Source of the DNA: Candidatus Hodarchaeota archaeon
GTDB taxonomy: Archaea; Asgardarchaeota; Lokiarchaeia; Sigyniarchaeales; SOKP01
NCBI GenBank assembly: GCA_048887225.1
Contig: JBHLJY010000002.1
Span: 288,001-352,000, forward strand
Reading direction: 5' to 3'
DNA length: 64,000 nt
Below the pieces are notes generated by a model. That model was not told the origin of the DNA, ran no database searches, and saw only the letters and a program-made list of their open reading frames with translations. This document shows, one piece after another, positions 59,735 to 64,000 of the stretch. Numbering within the stretch: the stretch's first letter is position 1; every line of letters starts with the position of its first letter. A program made the position numbers and the translations under genes.

Positions 59735-60781
59735 ATGAAAAAGAGAATCATTACCATTGATATATTAAGAGCATTTTCTATATTTTGTATGATTCAAGTT
59801 CATATATTCTATTATTGGACAAATATGAATTATGATAATGCAAATTTGGTTATATTATATTTTGGACAATTAGCGGCTCCCATTTTCCTTATCGTTTCAG
59901 GATGTAGTTTTTATTTGTATATATCTAAAAAAGTGAATGAAAATATTGCCAGATTAGAGATTTTTAAAGAAATATCTAAAAGAGCTGTTTTTATTTTTAG
60001 CATATCCCTCGTATTTCAAATTCTCTTTGGTTTTATAATGGAATTGAAGATATCTTTTATTATTTATTGGAGTATATTTCAAGTAATTGCCTTTTCAATG
60101 ATTATCTATTTTTTTATCCCATTTTTAAAAAGAGAACTCAGAATCTTTACTTTGTTTTTAATCTTCTTTTTACTTTATCTAATATATTTTTTAATTCAAT
60201 TTTATAATATTGAGTATCTTGCTATTTTAGTTAGTGGAGGGGATTATACGTTTCTTCCTTGGGCAAGTCTTTTTATATTTGGTATTTTAATAGGTGATTT
60301 GATAATAAACATGCCAACCTATTACTTTAAAATATGCTTTATAATTTTTTTTCCGATTGGGATAATAATTCTTATTATATGGTGGCTTTGGTTTAAGGAT
60401 TTACGAATTGATTGGTGGATAGTAAGTTTTATATCTGCATTTTCGACATTTTTTATAGTTTTTCCTTTATTGTATTATTTTGCTGATATTAAAGAATATC
60501 AATCAAAACTTCTTACTAGGGGCACTCAGTGGGGTAGGTTTTCATTTTCTATTTATTATCTTCACTTTGGGGTTATAGCTATTGGTATTCTTATCTTCCC
60601 TTTTATTATACCTGATCTTTTTTCAAGGGGTTTTCTTTTATATCAATTTATCATCATCGTAATTATGTTTTACATAGGGATTGAATTATTTCTTAGAGTT
60701 TGGAAAAAATTGAATTATATCTTTGGTATAGAGTGGTTTTTGAACTTCATTAGTAAAAAGGAATTGTTTTCAAATGATTAA
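59735..60781 (+). CDS. HGSNAT/DUF1624-like transmembrane acyltransferase (paralog 1)
   Basis: IDILRAFSIFCMIQVH, AAPIFLIVSG, KRA, WSIFQVIA, LPW, GRFSFSIYYLH. Confidence 0.78.
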   Translation: MKKRIITIDILRAFSIFCMIQVHIFYYWTNMNYDNANLVILYFGQLAAPIFLIVSGCSFYLYISKKVNENIARLEIFKEISKRAVFIFSISLVFQILFGFIMELKISFIIYWSIFQVIAFSMIIYFFIPFLKRELRIFTLFLIFFLLYLIYFLIQFYNIEYLAILVSGGDYTFLPWASLFIFGILIGDLIINMPTYYFKICFIIFFPIGIIILIIWWLWFKDLRIDWWIVSFISAFSTFFIVFPLLYYFADIKEYQSKLLTRGTQWGRFSFSIYYLHFGVIAIGILIFPFIIPDLFSRGFLLYQFIIIVIMFYIGIELFLRVWKKLNYIFGIEWFLNFISKKELFSND

Positions 60782-60852
60782 TTTATAATTTATGTTGAAT
60801 TCTACAAAATAACTTCATTTTAAATGAAATATAATAGAAGTTGATAATTAAA

Positions 60853-61923
60853 ATGGATCGTAGGTATAATTCGATTGATATATTGCGAGCTCTCGCAATA
60901 ATCGAAATGATTACAGGACATATTTATATGTTAATGACAAATCAGAATTATTGGATAATAGGATTTCTTTTTGTTTTACTCTTTGGAACTTGGGCTGAAG
61001 CTATTTTTCTTGGATGTGCAGGAACAGGTTTTTTTTTATATATTAATAAGAGAATTAAGAATGATTGGTCGAAACGAAAAATTTTTATTGAAATTTTAAA
61101 AAGAGCGGCATTCCTTTTTTTTATAACCCTTATAATACTGCTAAGTTTTGGTTTTATTTTTGATATGCATATTTCATTTATTATTTACTGGAGTATTTTT
61201 CAAGTTATCGCGTTTTCCATGTTATTGTTCTTTTTTATACCCTTTTTTAAAAAAATTTATAGAAGAATTATAATAATAACTTTAATATTTACTATTTATT
61301 TTGGGTACGTGATCATTAAGTATAATAATATTGAGATTCTTTTTATTTTAGTGTCCGGTGGAGCCTTTACATATTTACCCTGGGCAAGCTTTTATTTAAT
61401 TGGGATATTAATTGGGGATTTAATATTAAATACTGAAATTGAAGTATTTAAAAAAATTTTGACAATGCCTCTATTATCAGGAATAATCCTTCTTGTTCTC
61501 TCTCTTTTTTGGCTTAATAATAATACATTCAATATTGATAATTTAATAATATTACATATCACAGCATATGCAGGATATTTTATACTGTTCTCATTAATCT
61601 TTTTTTTAACTGATGTCAAAGAAATTAAATCTCCTTTACAAGTATCTTTAGTCAGGTGGGGAAAAGTATCATTTTCACTTTATTATATACATTTTATTGT
61701 TATAATTGCAGGTTTAATCATTGCTCCTTTAATTATTAGTAATTTCACCACGAAAGGTTTACAAATATATCAGTATTTTATATTTGTTGCAATCACCATA
61801 TTAATTATTGAAATCTTTTCAAGGATATGGGAGAAATATGATTTTATTTTTGGAATTGAATGGATAATGAACCTAATTTCTAAAAGATCTCCAATTAATA
61901 AACAAATTAATGAAGAAGGTTAG
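60853..61923 (+). CDS. HGSNAT/DUF1624-like transmembrane acyltransferase (paralog 2); alternative TTG start at 60841
   Basis: IDILRALAIIEMITGH, ISFIIYWSIFQVIAFSM (identical to paralog 1), LPWAS, GKVSFSLYYIH, FGIEW. Confidence 0.78.
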   Translation: MDRRYNSIDILRALAIIEMITGHIYMLMTNQNYWIIGFLFVLLFGTWAEAIFLGCAGTGFFLYINKRIKNDWSKRKIFIEILKRAAFLFFITLIILLSFGFIFDMHISFIIYWSIFQVIAFSMLLFFFIPFFKKIYRRIIIITLIFTIYFGYVIIKYNNIEILFILVSGGAFTYLPWASFYLIGILIGDLILNTEIEVFKKILTMPLLSGIILLVLSLFWLNNNTFNIDNLIILHITAYAGYFILFSLIFFLTDVKEIKSPLQVSLVRWGKVSFSLYYIHFIVIIAGLIIAPLIISNFTTKGLQIYQYFIFVAITILIIEIFSRIWEKYDFIFGIEWIMNLISKRSPINKQINEEG

Positions 61924-61953
61924 TATTTTATTATTTAAAAAAGGGAATAATTG

Positions 61954-63090
61954 ATGAAAATACTTTTTTTTTCAGCTTTTTTTTATGCAAAAGGACATGA
62001 AACTTACTTAGCTGATGAAATATTTACATTGGCAAATAATTACTCTAATATTCAAATTATTGTATACACCACAAATTCTGAGATAGCTTCAATAACAAAA
62101 TTAAAAAAAAATATTCTCTGGATTCAGCGTAAGAATTTAAAGAACATTAGGGTTCTCTTCCAATTTATAAAAGATATGGCAAATATATTCATAAAATTCA
62201 AACCTGACATCGTTCACTCCACATATATTATTGAATCATTAATTATGGGTCTTTTGGGAAGAATTTTTAGAGTTCCTACAATCCTTCATGGGAGAGGAAC
62301 AGATATCAACTATTTCCCCTTCTTAAGCTTTAGAAAGAATATATTAGCAAGGATCAGCTGTAAATTAAATAAAAAAATCATAACAGTCTCAAAAACCATG
62401 AAAAAAGAAATTATGAGATTGAATGTTCAAGAGAAAAAAGTCCAATATATTTACAATGGTGTTAACAATAAATTATTTCAACCAAAAGTGAAAAGAAATT
62501 ATTCTAATATTGACGTATTTGAACTCATTCATATAGGAAGATATTCACCTGAAAAGTGTCAAGATTTAATCGTAAAAGTTGTAAAAGACTTAAAAGATAA
62601 TGGTTTTGATATCCATTTCAACTTAATTGGATTCGGTCATAAAATTTTAAGGGATAATAAGATTGGATATGAAGTGAAAAAAGAACTTGTAGAATTAATT
62701 AAGAGCTATAAATTAGAATCTTCTATTTCTCTATTAGGATTTGTAGATCATAAAAAAATACCACGCTATTTAGAAAAGGCTCATATTTATATTCAAACCT
62801 CTTTAACAGAAGGGTTACCTAATTCAGTTTTAGAAGCAATGAGTATGGAATTGCCAATAATAATGACTAAAGCCGGGGGGATGCTTGAATTGAATATCAA
62901 ACCAGGAACAATTTTAATTGAAAAAAACAATAGGAAGCAATTATATGACGCAATAATTTACTTCATTAAAAATCCTGATATAATGAAAGTGGGTGGTAAA
63001 AAGAATAGAGAATTTATTGTGAATAATTTCAATTGGGACATTCATACAGAGAAATTATATAATGTTTATAATGAAATAGTGAAAAATTGA
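61954..63090 (+). CDS. Glycosyltransferase family 4
   Basis: PDIVH, HGRGTD, IYNGV, IGRYSPEK, EGLPNSVLEAMS. Confidence 0.92.
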   Translation: MKILFFSAFFYAKGHETYLADEIFTLANNYSNIQIIVYTTNSEIASITKLKKNILWIQRKNLKNIRVLFQFIKDMANIFIKFKPDIVHSTYIIESLIMGLLGRIFRVPTILHGRGTDINYFPFLSFRKNILARISCKLNKKIITVSKTMKKEIMRLNVQEKKVQYIYNGVNNKLFQPKVKRNYSNIDVFELIHIGRYSPEKCQDLIVKVVKDLKDNGFDIHFNLIGFGHKILRDNKIGYEVKKELVELIKSYKLESSISLLGFVDHKKIPRYLEKAHIYIQTSLTEGLPNSVLEAMSMELPIIMTKAGGMLELNIKPGTILIEKNNRKQLYDAIIYFIKNPDIMKVGGKKNREFIVNNFNWDIHTEKLYNVYNEIVKN

Positions 63091-63836
63091 AAAATATGTT
63101 AAAATTTATTATAAAGCTTTTAAGATTTCGGATTGAAAATCTTACTATCTTCTTTGGTTTTCATTCATTAAAAATATATGAATTTAAAGAGCTCTTTAGA
63201 GATGTTGAAATTAAAAATAGTGATATAATTCTAGATTTTGGATGTGGAAATGGTTTTGAAACGTTGTTAGTGGGAAAAAAATGTAAAAAAATCTATGGAA
63301 TTGACATTTTTAAGGAAAATTTGGATAAAGCAAAAGAAAGATCTTTTTTTTTACGTGGAAAAATAAATAGTTATTTTAAATTGACGAGACTAGAAGACGC
63401 TAAATTTAAATCTGAAACATTTGATAAAATAATTAGTATATGCGTGTTAGAACATATTAAAAACTATATTGATGTTTTAAAAGAAATATATAGAATTCTG
63501 AAGAAAGGAGGGCAAATATTTTTTTCAGTGGATTCCTTGGAGACAATTGATGATTTGAATTTTCTTAAATTCCATAAAAGAAGCCAAAATGTTGAACAAT
63601 ATTTTAATGAGCAAAAGTTGAGAGATTTGCTTATGAAAATTGGGTTTAAGAATATTAAAATATATCCTATCTGTAGAAGCGAATTTATTAAAAAGAGATT
63701 TATTAAAATAATAAAAAATATGACAAGATTAGATAATATCATCTCTATAATGGAATATTTCAAATTGAGAAAAGTAGAATCAAGATATAAAAATTATAAT
63801 AAAGGTTTATTTTTAATATTTGAAGGTAATAAATAA
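63087..63836 (+). CDS. Class I SAM methyltransferase
   Basis: ILDFGCGNG, GIDI, FDKIISICVLEHI, RILKKGG; TTG start overlaps the upstream stop. Confidence 0.9.
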   Translation: MKNMLKFIIKLLRFRIENLTIFFGFHSLKIYEFKELFRDVEIKNSDIILDFGCGNGFETLLVGKKCKKIYGIDIFKENLDKAKERSFFLRGKINSYFKLTRLEDAKFKSETFDKIISICVLEHIKNYIDVLKEIYRILKKGGQIFFSVDSLETIDDLNFLKFHKRSQNVEQYFNEQKLRDLLMKIGFKNIKIYPICRSEFIKKRFIKIIKNMTRLDNIISIMEYFKLRKVESRYKNYNKGLFLIFEGNK

Positions 63837-63879
63837 ATCTAAATTATGGTTAAATTCCTCAAAATATTAATATTTAATA

Positions 63880-63999
63880 TTAGATTTTTCGAATCAGAGC
63901 TGATCCCCATTTATCTGGGAGTTCAATAATCTTTTCTAGTTTGCCAATAAAAAACTTATTTACTGCTTTATAAACTCCTCGCTCCGATTCATGTGGATT
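63880..63999 (-). CDS. 3' end of a gene entering from the right edge, resembling a TylF/MycF-family O-methyltransferase C-terminus
   Basis: My translation, absent from the ORF track: ...NPHESERGVYKAVNKFFIGKLEKIIELPDKWGSALIRKI*; family call rests on only 39 residues. Confidence 0.55.
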   Translation of the reverse strand, partial: NPHESERGVYKAVNKFFIGKLEKIIELPDKWGSALIRKI

Positions 64000-64000
64000 A

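Noticed and set aside
1523-63763. Short ORFs of 60-132 aa overlapping larger genes (e.g. 1523, 4487, 5432, 7412, 9028, 15511, 18555, 29734, 37756, 50044, 63464)
   Set aside because: They lie antisense or out of frame within well-supported CDS and have no recognisable motifs; expected shadow ORFs
1-64000. tRNA, rRNA, CRISPR arrays, transposases, prophage genes
   Set aside because: Intergenic gaps are short and AT-rich; I saw no cloverleaf, periodic repeat-spacer pattern or mobile-element protein motif

Overview
Very AT-rich, gene-dense 64-kb section of a large cell-surface glycosylation locus that continues beyond the right edge. It holds 51 complete CDS plus one 5'-truncated CDS absent from the ORF track. 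I found no rRNA, tRNA, CRISPR array or transposase. Content: 10 GT4 and 5 GT2 glycosyltransferases, 7 polytopic GT-C-type membrane proteins, 3 Wzx/MOP flippases, a CDP-sugar pathway (rfbF, two SDRs, rfbC-like) and many tailoring enzymes (3 asparagine-synthetase-fold proteins, 6 class I methyltransferases plus a partial TylF-like one, a B12 radical SAM, a sulfotransferase, 2 HGSNAT/DUF1624-like acyltransferases, a LicC-like cytidylyltransferase, a serine hydrolase, a ParB/Srx-fold protein). TATA-like boxes near start codons, frequent TTG starts and the absence of outer-membrane export genes suggest an archaeon, possibly Lokiarchaeia/Asgard. This is inference, since no marker gene is present. 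Two candidate systems stand out. (1) A VTC polyphosphate-polymerase gene and a DUF4956 membrane gene sit among four membrane-anchored CotH kinases, suggesting polyP export that fuels extracytoplasmic phosphorylation of surface glycans or proteins. (2) A mycobacterial-style GT-C set is clustered: two AftA-like, one AftB-like, two GT87 and polyprenol-P-sugar synthases. Family calls come from motifs recognised by eye and from memory, not from database searches.
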